Source of the DNA: Octopus vulgaris
Lineage: Eukaryota
Reading direction: 5' to 3'
Length of the DNA: 64,000 bases
NCBI GenBank assembly: GCA_951406725.2
Contig: OX597828.1
Span: 12,896,001 to 12,960,000 of the forward strand
This document shows positions 45,135-59,501 of the stretch, piece by piece. The notes beneath the pieces are model-generated. The model saw only the letters and a program-made list of their open reading frames with translations. It ran no database searches and was not told the DNA's origin. Each line of letters begins with the position of its first letter. Positions within the stretch are counted from its first letter, which is position 1. The translations under genes were made by a program, and so were the position numbers.

Positions 45135-45362
45135 CACTCTTTAGCATTTATACTGGTCATATCATGGCCAAATATTCAAGTTGTTTTATGTTCAAAACAA
45201 CCAGATCCACCCTCTTGCACCCATCCTAAAATGTCATTCAAAGCATAAACAATCACATCATCAACCTCTTGAAGATACGAGATAATTGCAGGATTAATTC
45301 AACACAATGTGAATTAAAAAATCATTGCATTTGACAGAGTAATCCGAGTGCTACAGGGTAAA
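45135..45362. mobile_element. piggyBac-like MITE family 2 (second copy at about 47718-47943)
   Basis: Two similar ~225-bp copies with CTTTAGC(A/C)TT ... TGCTA(A/C)RGRGT(T/A)AA ends. Confidence 0.55.
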
Positions 45363-45603
45363 TTTAGTATATAATGAAGAATATAGTAAAAATATCGTTA
45401 TCGTTATTAAGCTTAAGTTTGGATTATAAATTAACATAAAATTTTAATGGGAAGTTTGTTTTGGGTTTTCTTTTTTTTTTTTTTTTTTGTTTCGATCACT
45501 TTAAAATAGAAAGTTAGAAACATAGAACCAGGGCCTGTCACAGGTAGACTGGTGTTGAAGCGAGTTAACAAGATGCTGAATGAAGAAACAAAACCTAGAT
45601 TAA

Positions 45604-45824
45604 CCCTTTTGGTACCAACCCAGCTGAAACTGGCTCTGGCTTTGTAGTACAAATGTTCTGTTTTCATAAGTTTTGAATTAAAATCTTCCATCAAACCTTA
45701 GTCACAATTTATGTTCCTAACACTAGCTTAATGATAACCAAGTTATTTTACTTAATTCTTTGTTATATGTAAAATAATTGAAAGAAACACAGAGCATCTC
45801 AAAATAAATACAGTAATGAAAGGG
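45604..45824. mobile_element. piggyBac-like MITE
   Basis: TTAA-CCCTTTTGGTAC ... GTAATGAAAGGG-TTAA. Confidence 0.72.
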
Positions 45825-48385
45825 TTAACTGATTATTAATATCTCGTTAATAGAAAACAATTAGTGTCTCTGTAAATTTTGGTTGCTGTTTGTGGTTAAA
45901 CATCCGGTGGAAGGAAGTCACATCACTGGACTCTGTGAAGTGGCTGGTGTTAAGAAGGGCATCCAGCCGTAGAAACCATGCCAACACAGACATTGGAATT
46001 TGGCTCAGTTCTCTGGCTCAACGATTCCTGTCAAACCGGCCAGCCCATAGCAAACAGATGTTAAATGATGATGGTAATATAGAAGTAGGAAAGTGATGTT
46101 AATTATTAATAAGGATTTATTCTTTTGTTAATGAACTTCAACAAAATTTAATTATAAATCTAAAAAGTTTGATTCCTAATGAAGGCCCAAGGTCAAAAAT
46201 TTAAGTTGATATTTAGCCCCAGACAACCCTGATTCAGCACACTACAAAAGCATTTCCAGCATAACTAGTAAGCCTTTTTTGACAGTGGAGTATGATGCAA
46301 AGGGAATTTGGCTGTTATTTCTAGTAACAGAAAAAAACATCCCCAATCCTCCACTGTCTCCACAAATTTGAACAGACAGGTATGGTCTACTACATCAACC
46401 CTAGTAATTTGTTGGTTCTTTGTTTTATCTACTCTAGAAGGATGAAAGACAAAGTCAACTCAGGTAGAGGTTCAAATTAGAATTCAAAATAAGATACCTA
46501 AATACTTGTTTATTGCTCTGCTAAATCTGCCAACCTGCAAGACATATAATTTTTAAAAAGAGATATTAATGTAAATTCTCAACCATCATCATCATCGTTA
46601 TAACATCCACTTTTCCATGCCGGCATGGGTCAGAAAAAAATTCATTGCAGCATATTTCTTTATAGCTGGATGCCCTTCCTGTTTTTTAGGAGGAAATATT
46701 TCCCCACAACCAGACATATTTTTCACAAAATGACATCACTTGTATGACAGTAACACTCATTTAGAATCCACATGACATCAAGTCAAAGAGGGCACGCACG
46801 CACACACACATACACAGATCAGTAAGCTTTTACCAGTTTCCATCTACAGAACCCACTTGCAAGACTTTAGTCGATCCAAGGCTATAGTAAAAGACAGTTG
46901 CCCAAATTGTTGTGCAGTGAGACTGAACTAAAACCATTTATCCAAAAATTCTTGGACCCAATTCATTTTCTATAATTTAGAAACTTCACCAATCTAGAGA
47001 AAAGACATCATTAGTTGACTGCTCGAAACTTTAAAGAAAATCAGAGAAATGTGGAATTTACGTATTTTATCAAGAAAACTTCGTCTAAAGAATCACAAAT
47101 TAAACTCAAGTTATTTACATCTAAAGACAGTTGTCATATATTTTTCGTGGCACAGATACGCTTGTGTTATATAAGGTGATACAATGTAATATGCAGTGAA
47201 TATGAGGATATCAGGTAATCAATGAAATCTTGGTAGCTGTTGTATTATTCAATTAGATACAGTTGAATTATGTTCCAATTTTAAACCACATCTTAACGAT
47301 TCATATGGTAGGAAGCCAGAATTAATTTAATGAACAGTTACAGTTGAGTAAACTGAAGAATGAACGGCAACAGTAAGATTAATGATGGTAACAAGTGTAC
47401 GAAAGTGAAAACGTTTATCTAACATGACACATATATATGCTCAAATGAAGTGTATGAGAGAGAAGAGGCTTATTTAACATGACATGTATATGTTCAAATG
47501 CTGTCCAAACAGCTCACAAAATTCTTGTTAAATAAGTCTTGTCAGCAATGAACTAATATCGATTTATACAGACAAACCACAATATATGAATACATGTGTA
47601 TGTATATGTTAGAATGAACTACAAAAGAGCTACAGATTATCATGATGATAGCCTATCAAAAAAATTGCCAATTTCATATCCTGCTACTAATGCATTCAGT
47701 CCGTGGTCAAGATATTCAGCGCTTTAGCCTTTAAACTAGTCATAACTGGCCCAAATATTCTACTTAATTTATGTTCAAATTGGCCAGATCCAGCCTCTCC
47801 CACTTATCCTACAATGTCACTGTGAAAATAAACAATCACATCATTGAAATTTCAAAGCTATGAGAAAATGCATTATTAATTCAGAACAAAATGAATAAAT
47901 CTGCATTACATTCGACAGAGTGATTTGAATGCTAAGGAGTTAATTTTTAATGTCCCAGACACCCCACCACAACAAAATAAATTCAATAAAGTCGAAGAAA
48001 GCCAGTAATTCTTTGTAGCAGGAAAGACAAAGTAACAAACAAGGTAGTAAAGTTGTATGTCATGATGCTTTTGAGCAGTACAAGCCATCAGGACTCATGT
48101 TTGCCCTGGGTACATGTTCTTCTTTTATTTCATGACCTCCTAATGACCCAATCTACTTAACTCATCATCATCAACATCACTATTTTGACATCCACTTTTC
48201 AATGCTTGCATGGGTCAGATGGAATTCTTCAAGGCAGACTTTCTATGGCTAAACACCCTTTCTGTAACCAACTCTCACTAGTTTCCAAGCAAGGTGGTAT
48301 TTCTTCGTGACTGGACACTTTTTCATGGGAAACTAGAAATGAAGGGCACAGCTTATATGACAGTAACACTCGTTTACAAGTATCG

Positions 48386-48712
48386 TGAAGGCGCATGGCT
48401 AAGTGGTTAGGGTATTCAGCTCATGATCAGAAGGTCATGAGTTCCATTCTCAGTGGTATGCTGTGTCCTTGAGCAAGGTATGCCTTATTCCACATTCTTC
48501 CAGTTAACTCAGCTGGCAAAAATGAGTAGTACCTATAACTCAAAGTGCCAGTTGTGCCACATTCTGTGCTACATTGAATCTCCCTGAGAACAACATTAAG
48601 AGTGTGCAAGTCTGTGGAGTACTCAGCCACTTGCACATCAACTTCATGGGCAGGCTGTTCCATTAATTGGATCAACTGGAACCCTCAATGTTACGACCAA
48701 TCAAGTGCCAGT
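48386..48712 (+). mobile_element. tRNA-derived SINE with another tail type
   Basis: TGAAGGCGCATGGCTAAGTGGTTAGG head and a CORE-like TGTCCTTGAGCAAG segment. Confidence 0.65.
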
Positions 48713-49012
48713 TTTTTTGTTTGTTTTTTAAAGCATCAGGCAACATCACAAGACACAAACACACACATAAAATGAGTTTCTTTCAGTTTCCATCTCCAAA
48801 ATCCTCTGACAAATCTTTGGTTGATCCTGGACGACAGTAGGGGACATTTGCCCAAGGTGCCATACAGTGAGACTGAACCCAAAGCCATATGGTTGGAAAG
48901 CAAAGAACAAACTTCTTAACCACAGAACCAGATTGACATAATTCCCTTCTAACAGGGCTGAAGTATGCCACAGTCTATGTCCTACATCAAATAAGCACTG
49001 GCTTCAAGACCT

Positions 49013-49318
49013 GTGGTGGTGGTTGTTCCGTCTCGAGGCATGCCTGGCTCATAAGGGCCGCTTTCCCGGTTTCCTTGGCGTATAGGTTCCCCACCTGGAC
49101 AGGACGCCGGTCCGTCGCAGGTGAGCTGCAAGATGCAGGAGGAAAGAGTGAGAGAAAGTTGTGACGAAAGAGTCAGCAGAAGTTCGCCATTACTTTCAGC
49201 CGGAGCCGCGTGGAGCTTAGGTGTTTCGCTCATAAACACACACATTGCCCGGTCTGAAATTCGAACCCGCTATCCCTCAACCGCAAGTCCGCTGCTCTAA
49301 CCACTAGGCCATGTGCCA
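49013..49318 (-). mobile_element. SINE head type C, V-like body
   Basis: Close match to 29018-29319. Confidence 0.85.
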
Positions 49319-51016
49319 GGAGACAAAGGGTCACCTTGATACACACCATGAAGATGAAACATCCGGTGATATTGCTACCAACTGATGATGGTTTACCAAA
49401 TCCCTTAACCAAACCAGAAATGTATGAACCAGATAAATATAAATATAAAATAACTCGTGAATGTAAATTACACGAAGGAACAGCTTTTTTTGCAACACAA
49501 TCAGTTTCATACTTCCTCACACACACACACACACAGAAATACAATCATATGCACATAAGGAACACAACATACACCTACGGACACACACACACACATCTAG
49601 TCATAGAAAAACATCTACATCAACATTGGTGATTTGATCATCTAGATCGCTCAACCGAAATGATTATAGTTAAATATATTTTTGAGTTTACTATATAAAC
49701 ATATGCACATATACATATATAAATACATAATACACACACATATATATAAACACACATACACACATTTATTATAACTAAGAAAGTAATCAACATATACAGT
49801 TACACAGCGTGTGTCTGTATGTGTGTGTCTGTGTGTGTGTGCGCGTGTGTGTATGTTTTATCTGGTTTAGTAATCAACATATTTAGTTACATATGTATAT
49901 TATACTCTACTATCCTAACTTGGCATTAAGTTTGTTTTTTTAAATTTTTGTTCTGCAAACAAACTCTCATACAAACATAAACACATATAAATGTGTATGT
50001 AGGTGGGAGGGTGTAAGAGAGAGAGAGAGAGAGAAACAGAGAAGGAGAAATGGAGGGAGAGAACTTAAAAAAAAAAAGACAGGACAAGTTCATGATCAAA
50101 ATTATTTGTTAGACATTTAGAGAAAAAATACACACACACACAGGCATAGGTATATACACTCACACAAAATTTTTTTTTTTTATATACATATATATGTATA
50201 TGATGAAATGACGAAACCATTTAACAGTATTTATAAGCTTCACTGAATAAACTGCTTCTTCAGACTATTTTACCACAGAAATATTTTAAATATTTTAAAT
50301 ATTTTACATATCAGGCAAAAATCTTAGAATGAAAGAATATTTTATTAGAAACTAATAAATGGCTTTAAATTTTGGGATAAGGCTACCAATTTGAGCAGAG
50401 GGGGTTAGTCAATACCATTGGCCCCCACTACTTAACTGGTACTTAATTTTAACAGCCCTAAAAGGAAGAAAGGCAAAAATCAACCTCATCATCAATTAAT
50501 ATCCGTTTTCCATGCTAGCATGGGTTACAGTTTGATTGAAAACTGGTAAGCTGGAGAGCTGCACCAGGTACCAATCTGATTTGGCCTGGTTTCTACAGCT
50601 GGATGCCCTTCTTAATGCAAACTACTCCAAGTACACAGTGGGTACTTCTTATATGTCACTGGCACAGGTGCCAGTTACGTAACACTGGCATCGGCCATGA
50701 CTACAATCTCACCTGGCTTGACAAGCATGCTATATACCCAAAAGTGTGTGTGTGTGTGTGTGAAGGCACATGGCCAAGTTGTTAGGGTGCAGCACTCACA
50801 ATCACTAGTTCGATTCTTTGGCCAGGCAGCATGCTGTGTTCTTGAGCACTTCAACATCTGACTTGAGGTGCACTTGTGCACCTGTACAAGCAATGTTAAC
50901 TTGATGGAGGGAGTGAGCTGATGCATAATAAATATATTTGGTCACTATCAACAAATCGTTTGTGAAGGTCATTCAGCAAACACTGACTACTCATACATAT
51001 CGTCTTTAACAGGAGA

Positions 51017-51068
<52 letters not shown>

Positions 51069-51124
51069 TGCTCTGTGGTTATTTCTTATGGTTGTATGTT
51101 GCAGCGTGTATGTGTGTGTGTGTG

Positions 51125-51170
<46 letters not shown>

Positions 51171-51171
51171 T

Positions 51172-51385
51172 AAGGCTGCAAGCTAGCAGAATCATTAGCA
51201 CACTGGACAAAATGCTTAGCAGCATTTCAACCATCTTTATGTTCTGAGTTCAAATTCTGCCAAGGTCAGCTTTACCTTTCATCCTCTCAGGGGTCGATGA
51301 AATAAGTACCAGTTGAGTGCTGGGACCAATATAATCAGCTCCCCCTTAAAAATTCCAGGCCTTGAACCTATAGTAGGAAGAATTA
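51172..51385 (+). mobile_element. SINE family A, CpG-decayed
   Basis: Family A match with most CpGs converted to TpG/CpA. Lies in (ATT)n. Confidence 0.78.
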
Positions 51386-52574
51386 TCATTATTATTATTA
51401 TTACTACTGAAAGACAGTGGAAAATTTATTTTTATCCAAATGTAGACTTCAGTCATTGTATTGTGCCCATGCTGGAGCATTGCCTTCAAGGGTTTCAGTT
51501 ATATTGACTTCTATACTTATATCAAGCTATGACCCCTTTTATCAATCACTGTGTATTGAATGGCTAAGTCATTTTTGGCGCAAGAGAAATCCAACTCAAC
51601 ACACCATTTTATAACACCATAACCCCACACAGAATCCCCATCTCTTGAATTCTTTAATTCCTTTCAAAAAGGCATTGGTCAACTGAAGGCTCTGCTCAGT
51701 GATTGAACCCAGAATTAAATGGTTGCAAAGTAAACTTTTTAACCACGTGCCTAGACTCTACATGTTTTGTTTTGTTCCATTTTGTTTTCTTTATGTTTCA
51801 GTCAGAAAGTGGGGAATGAATATGTGTTTCTCAGACTTGCAGCTGTCTTACAAGAAGAGATGAGGGCTGTGATCATGGATGCTGCTACTAATGGTGACAG
51901 TAATGGGGCTGTAATAACGTGTGTGCATATGGGGTGGGGTCTCCTATTCAAGCCCTTCCCCACTTCCACCCTCACCACTTATTCTCACTCTGATAGGCAG
52001 CCGTTTCCTTTTCTTCTTTGACAAAACTGCATCATTGTAGAAGTTTAGAAACATGGTTGTCTGGATTGAAGAAAGAGGTGATTCTCTCTCTCTCTCTCAT
52101 CCCCCACCTCTGTGTCCATGACAGTCACAGTTCTGAGACTGGTCACAGTGACATGGCAAATGTTCAGCTTAAATAGCTGCAAGTAGATGCCTGTCTATAA
52201 CAGAAAAAAAAAACATAAGCAGGCAGAGAATTCTATTGAGATGAGGTCCTGAGAAGGAAGAACTCAAGTAAGAGATTAAACGTGAGATTCAGAAGATGTG
52301 AGATACATAGACTGGAATAACATAAGAAGACATGGTTTTTGATGGGTAGACTTGGCCAGCAGTGGTACATTAGCTAAAAAGCTGTGGAAAGCAGAGATTA
52401 TTGTAGAAACAATAGAAGAAGCAGAGCAAGGAGACAGTGTCTCTAGTTCTATAGTTAGAGAGCAGAGTGTGGTGAAGCCAATAGAATTACATATTTGTCT
52501 AGATGAGTGTTAACTTGAACTAAGACATGCAACCTGTCCTAGAGAAATTATATAAGCCTCATAGTTCAATCTTA

Positions 52575-52948
52575 TTTTATTGCACACAAGGGGCTAAACA
52601 CAGGGGACAAACAAGGACATACAAAAGGATTAAGTCGATTATATCGACCCCAGTGTGCAACTGGTACTTAATTTATCGACCCCGAAAGGATGAAAGGCAA
52701 AGTCGACCTTGGTGGAATATGAACTCAGAACATAGCGGCAGACAAAATACCTATTTCTTTACTACCCACAAGGGGCTAAGCACAGAAGGGACAAACAAGT
52801 ACAGACAGACGGATTAAGTTGATTATATCGACCCCAGTGCGCAACTGGTACTTAATTTATCGACCCTGAAAGGATGAACGTAACAGCAGACGAAATACCG
52901 CTAAGCATTTCGCCCGGCGTGCTAACATTTCAACCAGCTAGCCGCCTT
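52575..52948 (-). mobile_element. SINE family A, dimeric
   Basis: Two units joined at AAGAAATA|GGTATTT near 52750. Confidence 0.82.
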
Positions 52949-53317
52949 CTTATGGAATAAAACTTTAATGCCATACAATAGCTTACACAAAACCAAGTTT
53001 ATACAACTTGTTTCCTTTTTTTTTTTCCGCTTCTATTTCTGCTTTGCTTATACTAAAGAATGCCCAGGAAGTTCTGACTAATTAATTGGTAATGTTAATT
53101 ATAATATATAGCTACATAATCAACACTCTTAATTATCAATATGTCAGAGACTGCCCTGCACTAGAGTGTTAAATTAGAATCTCATTACAACATGAACAAT
53201 ATCACGAAACTTCATTTGATTAACACCAACATAATACATACACATATTCATAATATGAAAATGTGTATGCACGTATGCGTGCATACATATGTATATATGT
53301 ATGTATGTATGTATATA

Positions 53318-53369
<52 letters not shown>

Positions 53370-54089
53370 TGCATGGGTTAGAGTGTTGCACTCAGATCGC
53401 TGGTTCGTGATTTCAGTTCCTAGACTGGGTGATGCCTTTTGTTCTTGGGACAAAACACTTTATATAGATATATATAATGTATGTATGTGTGTGTATATAT
53501 ATATATATATTCCTTTACTTGTTTCAGTCATCTGACTGCAACCATGCTGGAGCACTGCCTTTAGACTAATAAATCAACCCTAGGACTTATTCTTCGTAAG
53601 CCTAGCATTTATTCTATTGGTCACTTTTGCTGAACTGCTAAGTTATGGGGATGTAAACACACCAACATCAGTCGTCAAACAATGACACATAAACACGCAC
53701 ACACGACAAGCTTCTTTCAGTTTCTGTCTACCAAATCCACTCACAAGGCTTTGGTTGACTCCAGAACTGAAACCAGAACCATGTGGTTAGGGAGCAAGAT
53801 TCTTACCACATATATAAAAGAACAGACATGCCTGTGAGGCTCAAAATGTATTTCCCAGCCATGTGGTTACAGGTTCAGTCCCACTGTATGGTAATTTAAG
53901 CAAGTGTCATCGACTGTAACCTCAGACCAACCAAAATCTTGAGAGTAGATTTAGTAGCGTAACTGAAAGAAGCCCATCAAGAATATAAATATATTGCTTT
54001 GTGTGTGTATGTAAGAGAAAAGCATATGTGTATGTGAGAGAAAGAGCATATGACACACATATACACATGTGTGTGTGTGTGTGTGTGTA

Positions 54090-54383
54090 TCACCATGACC
54101 ACTGTGACCGACCAGACTATCAAATGTTGTTACACATCGCTGGTCACAATACGCTTCACATTGTTTTAGCCTTCAAATGACGCCACCCCACTAGCTAAGC
54201 GAGCAGGCCAACAGAAGAAAGCGTGAGAGAAAGTTGTGGTGAAAGAGTACAGCAGGGATCACCACCACCCCTTGCTGAAGCCTTATGGAGCTTTAAGTGT
54301 TTTTGCTCAATAAACACTCACAACGTCCGGTCTGGGAATCGAAACCGCAAGTCCACTGCCCTAACCACTGGGTCATTGTGCCT

Positions 54384-54386
<3 letters not shown>
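54090..54386 (-). mobile_element. SINE head type C with RTE-like tail
   Basis: Similar to 3083-3370; tail CTGGTCGGTCACAGTGGTCATGGTGA. Confidence 0.82.
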
Positions 54387-54420
<34 letters not shown>

Positions 54421-54774
54421 TGCCTCTCCGAAAGAGAGAGAGGGATATATGGAAAAAAAAGATGAAGTTGAAGATATCTTATTAAGCCCTTCCAAAATCT
54501 CAATTACATTGAAAATTAATTGAAACATAGATAGCATAATCATTACAAACATAGGATTAATGAAATATGGAGAGATTTCAGAAACAGTAAATCCTAAAGA
54601 ATTAAGTGGAATTTCTGCCACAACCATCTCTGATCAAAACAGACCAGAGAGATTAGAAGGCTCAACATTTCAAATCAAACTGTGAATAAATAAATATAAA
54701 TGTTTAAAAACCTCGTTAATTAACATAGCTGTAAGACTGAATGGCTGTAAGGTTAGTGTTGAAGTTCAATACTT

Positions 54775-55112
54775 GTAAGTATAACAAAGAGGTTGGTGAA
54801 ATTGGGGCCCATTCTCGTTCCCATCGCGACCCCAGACACCTGTTGGTAGGTTTCCCCAGCGAACATAAAGTAGTTGAAGGTGAGGATGAACTCTGCCAGG
54901 TGAAGAAGGGTGGAGGTGCTGGGTGTGGAGTCAGGGTGACAGTCAAGGAAGTATTGGAGGGCTAAGAGATCATCATTGTGGGGAATCACTGTGTATAGGG
55001 ATTTGATGTCCAAAGTGTAGAGGAGGTGTGGGAAGCCTGGAGGGAAGAAACAGGAATTGAAGAGGCGAAAGGTGTGATTAGTGTTGTGTGTGTGGGATGG
55101 GAGGGCAGCAAC
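54775..55112 (-). mobile_element. Penelope-like reverse transcriptase fragment
   Basis: LYTLDIKSLYTVIPH ... NYFMFAGETYQQVSGVAMGTRMGPNFTNLF, matching PLE RT motifs A and B'. Confidence 0.88.
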
Positions 55113-55147
<35 letters not shown>

Positions 55148-55148
<1 letters not shown>

Positions 55149-55490
55149 TGAAGGCACATGGCTCATTGGTTAGAGCATCGAACTCACAATCATGAGGTAG
55201 TGAGTTTAATTCTTGGACTGGGTTATGTGTTGTGTTCTCGAGCAAGACACTTGTTTCATGTTGCTCCAGTTCACTGTTGCAGAAATGATTTGGGATGTCA
55301 CTGGTACCAAGCTGTATCGGCCTTTGCCTTTCCCTTGGATAACATTGGTGGCATAAAAAGGGGAGGCTGATATGCATGGTCGACTGATGGTCTTCCATAA
55401 ACAACCTTGTCCAAACTCGTGCCTCAGAGGGGAACTTTCTAGGCACAATCCCAAGGTCATTTCATAGCTGAAGGGGTTTTTTACCCTTTT
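55148..55490 (+). mobile_element. tRNA-derived SINE with a further tail type
   Basis: TGAAGGCACATGGCTCATTGGTTAGAGC head and a GAGCAAGACACTT core-like segment. Confidence 0.65.
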
Positions 55491-55805
55491 ATGTATATGC
55501 AAAAGGCGTCTTTCAGTCCATCTACTAGGGCTTTAGTTGGTTCAGGGCTATAGCAGGTACCATACACTGAGATTGAACTCAAATCCATATGGTTGTGAAG
55601 CAAACTGCTTAACCACACAACCATACCTCCACCTAAAACAAAAACAAAAATAAGAAGCTATTGCATCAAAATCTATATAAATTTGCAAGAATCCAATCTG
55701 AAACCACAATAGCTCGGGAAAATAATCAATGTAAAATAGGAGAGAAAGAGAGAAAACCAAATTTCTATAAGCGATTGCTCTTCAAAACCGTCTTCTCAAT
55801 CATAC

Positions 55806-55863
55806 CTGAATGCCATCCAAAAAGAAAAATTTGTGCCAATACAAATAATGTGTGACAATTTAA
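55806..55863 (-). CDS. Candidate 58-nt internal exon
   Basis: Acceptor CTTCTTTCAG and donor CAG|GTATGA. Two frames are open (LNCHTLFVLAQIFLFGWHS or KLSHIICIGTNFSFWMAF). Confidence 0.25.
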
Positions 55864-57309
55864 CTGAAAGAAGTTTCTAAGCCTGTGATTCAATTCCGAC
55901 AGAGTATGCCAGAATCAAAAGCTAAGCAAGATATCGGAGTATTTCAACTGTTCATTTCCTACCAACAGACTGACTGACTATTTCTTTGAGAAGGAACGAC
56001 GGAGAATAATTGTTAATACTAATCAATACTTTAAATGATTCCAGTCAAGAGTAGAAAAGCAGCAATTTTTAGCGAGTGAATTTGATTAGAAACAAATGGC
56101 TAAAGCATCGATTCATTGCATACAAACAAAATAAAAAGGAAAAGAAAAAAAAATGTAATCTAATTTCTGTTGACAAGTTTAGAAAATTTCCAAACATATA
56201 AGTGCCTTGGTTACGCAGTTATCTAAATAAAAATGCTAAGAAACATATAGAAAATTGAGACAAAGTGTTCTACAATTTAATAAGATAATCTTTAAGACAA
56301 TTTATGATATGAAAGAAGCAGAAAAAAATAAATAACTTCTATTGAATACATTGAGTAATTAACAGTAATTAGCATATGTAGAATACAAACGGTACCAATT
56401 GCAAAGAATTAACACTTCAATAAAATAGTCTTTTGTTAGAAAGTAGCAGCTAGCTGAAGAATGTGTATTGTAGAATGTGTATTTACATAGAACATTTCAG
56501 CATTTATGTAGAGCTGTGTGCTCAATTCCACTTCACAACACCTTAGGTAAGTATCTTCTACCACAGCCCTTACAGCCAAGCCAACTCATGCCTTGTGAGT
56601 GAATTTGATAAGCAGAAACTGTTGAAAGCTATTGTGTATGTGTATATAAGTATAATAATGTGTGTGTGTGTGTGTTTACCACTTGACAGACAAGTGTTGA
56701 TTTGCTTATATCCCCGTACCTTGGCGGTTCATATAAAGAGACAGATAGAATAAGTAGCAAACTTTAAAAGCATAAAAAAAAGTATAGGGGTCAATTTGCT
56801 TGACTAAGCCCGTCAAGGCAGTTGCCTCAGCATGGCCACACTCCAAAGACTGAAACAAGTAAAAAAAAAAATAAAAGATTTCTATGCTCGAAAAAACATG
56901 TCTACTTTATTATAGCGGAATCGTGTTGGGATGATAAGAAAAAAAAATGACAAATGTGAGGAGAGAAACTTAGTTAAACTGCAATGATGGTGTGATATGA
57001 TAACATTCACTGAAATATATTTGTGCTACTTAAATAGCTCTTCAATCATTCTTGAACAAAATGCTTTTCTCAGTGTGCAAATCAAAAAGCAACTCATAGC
57101 CCACTTAGCCATTTATCAAACATATTTTATCATTTGTTATCAAGTCTAACGGGGGAGAAACTTTATGTGATTATTCAACTTGCTACAAAATTATTTTTTT
57201 TAAAATCAGCCCAAATCTCCCTCTTCAAGTTAGGACCACAGTCATAGAAAGAAAAGAATTCATAGGTTAATAAACACTGAAAAATACTGGTGTGTGTGTT
57301 TATTTATTT

Positions 57310-57576
57310 TTTTTATTTTTTTATTTTATCTAGTTTCAGCTCACAAGCTTTGGCCATGCTGGGGCACTGCCATTTGGTGTTGCTACATAATTTTACTTCA
57401 CGAATTCCATTTAGGAATTGACATTTGGTGCATGAGAGAGTTTGATGCAGCTGCCCTCATCTGCACCTCCTGCTGCGAAGTTGGTTCATCTGGGACACCT
57501 GACAGGAAGAGGTCCAACTTTATTTTGAAGACACCTGCATCCACCCCATGCAGGTATCTCAGGATATTGAAGAGCT
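57310..57576 (-). mobile_element. 3' end of a CR1/L2-like LINE
   Basis: LFNILRYLHGVDAGVFKIKLDLFLSGVPDEP..RAAASNSL..* is a typical ORF2 end, followed by a short 3' UTR and an A-rich tail. Confidence 0.75.
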
Positions 57577-59270
57577 CTGAAGCCTAGGCTATTGAAGTTT
57601 CTTGTCCTATATCCTATATTTGTATAATGAGTGAATATTTGTATAATCACCATCATTTAACAGCCTTTCTCCCATATGGACATGGGTTGGACAATTCATC
57701 AGGAACTGATGGACCAGTGGACAGCATCAAGCTTCAGTGTCTGCTTTCGCATGGTTTCTTTGGCTGGATGCCCTTCCTAACAACAACCACTTTACAACAT
57801 GAACTGGGCGTTTTTTTTTTTTCATGGCATGAGTTGAACGATTTGATAAGAGCTGACAAGCCAGAGGACAGTGCTGAACTCTAATGTCTGTTTTGGCATG
57901 GTTTCTATGGCTGGGTGCCCTTCCTAATGCCAACCACTTTACAGAGTGTTCTTCATGGCACCAATACTATTGAGGCCACCAAGTAACTCACAGGACCCCT
58001 CAATTGAGTTAGGTATAGTACTGAAGGATGTGAAAGTATGATGTAGGGACAGGGATAGATGTCTTGCTGAAGAGGTGAGTACATACCCCACTCCCAGCTG
58101 GAAAGAGAGAAAGAGATGGTGAAGGCATACTCTCAAGGAACAAGATGAATATGAGAGAGAGAGAGAACAAGGATAAATGAACAGAAAAGTAAGATCATGG
58201 TTGTTTGGTGTGTGCTGACCAAGGGTTCAACAACAAAAACAACTCTTTTAAAGTTAACAGTAAACAGTCTTTGGTAAAAACACCCCAAGTCACTTAGTCA
58301 CTGTTAGTCTACAACTGAAGAAAATGTTTTACACTAGTAACTGTGGGAAATAATAGTGCAGGTGTTTATAAATGGCAAATAAGACAGTATTCAGAATGTT
58401 GATATAGCAGCTGTTGATTGTGTGAGTGAGTGAGAGTATGAGAGAGGATTGGTATTTGACTGTTATTTCTAGCAGGCCAAGCAAACACAAGAGACTTCTC
58501 CTTTATTAGCTCAAGACTTTTAGTATCATCTGTCATGATAAATTTTCTTTTTCATTTTTTTTTTCTTTTTTTATATATAATTTCACTTGAAAAAGTAAGA
58601 ATTCTTTATAAATGTAGATATTTGTGGGAGACAGTTTCTTTCTTTTTCTCTCTTTGTTTTTTTTGGTTTTTTTTGTATTTTTTGGTAGAGTTGAAAATAT
58701 TATTTTACAGTAGATTTATCAATCCCACCACTCTTGAAAAAAATAAAAAATAAAAATAAAAACAACAAACAAACTCTTCAAAGAAACTGTAACCTATTCC
58801 ATTTTTGTAAAAGTTTTAGAGAGACAAACAGACAGACACTGGTAAAATATAAAAGAGACAGACAGACAGACTGACTGACAAAAAGAGAGGCAGACTGTTG
58901 AAACGTAAGAGACACACAGACAGACAGACAGTTATAGACAGACAAGCAGTGTGTTGAAACATGAAAGAATTGACATGTGCAACAAAGTCAGTCTCTCAAG
59001 CTACATTGTATGAAACTAGCTTGGCAAGAGAAATAAGGAGTTTAGCCAGAATTGTTTGAAGCAATGGAAATAGAGAAACCGAAATAAATCTATAGACGTG
59101 AATTGAAATATGTTTTGGCAGACAAAAAGATTCATTTCTTTTAAACATCATAAACTGTCATAATAATACTGAGTGAGTGAGTGTGTGTGTGTGTGTGTGT
59201 GCATGTGTACACACAGATATACATCACATACAAATCACAATGCTTGGTATACAACTATACATTCTTGGAG

Positions 59271-59319
<49 letters not shown>

Positions 59320-59448
59320 CACCTCTCCAACACATCTTTTCTATATTTTATAAATATACATACAAGAAATCTAAGATTTTATACACACACAGAGTCTAAC
59401 AAATTTAGTAAGATTATATATATATATAATAAAATTGCACACACAGGC

Positions 59449-59501
<53 letters not shown>

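Noticed and set aside
52250-52520. Purine-rich stretch with EQGDSVS resembling an RT QGD motif
   Set aside because: Too degenerate to assign.
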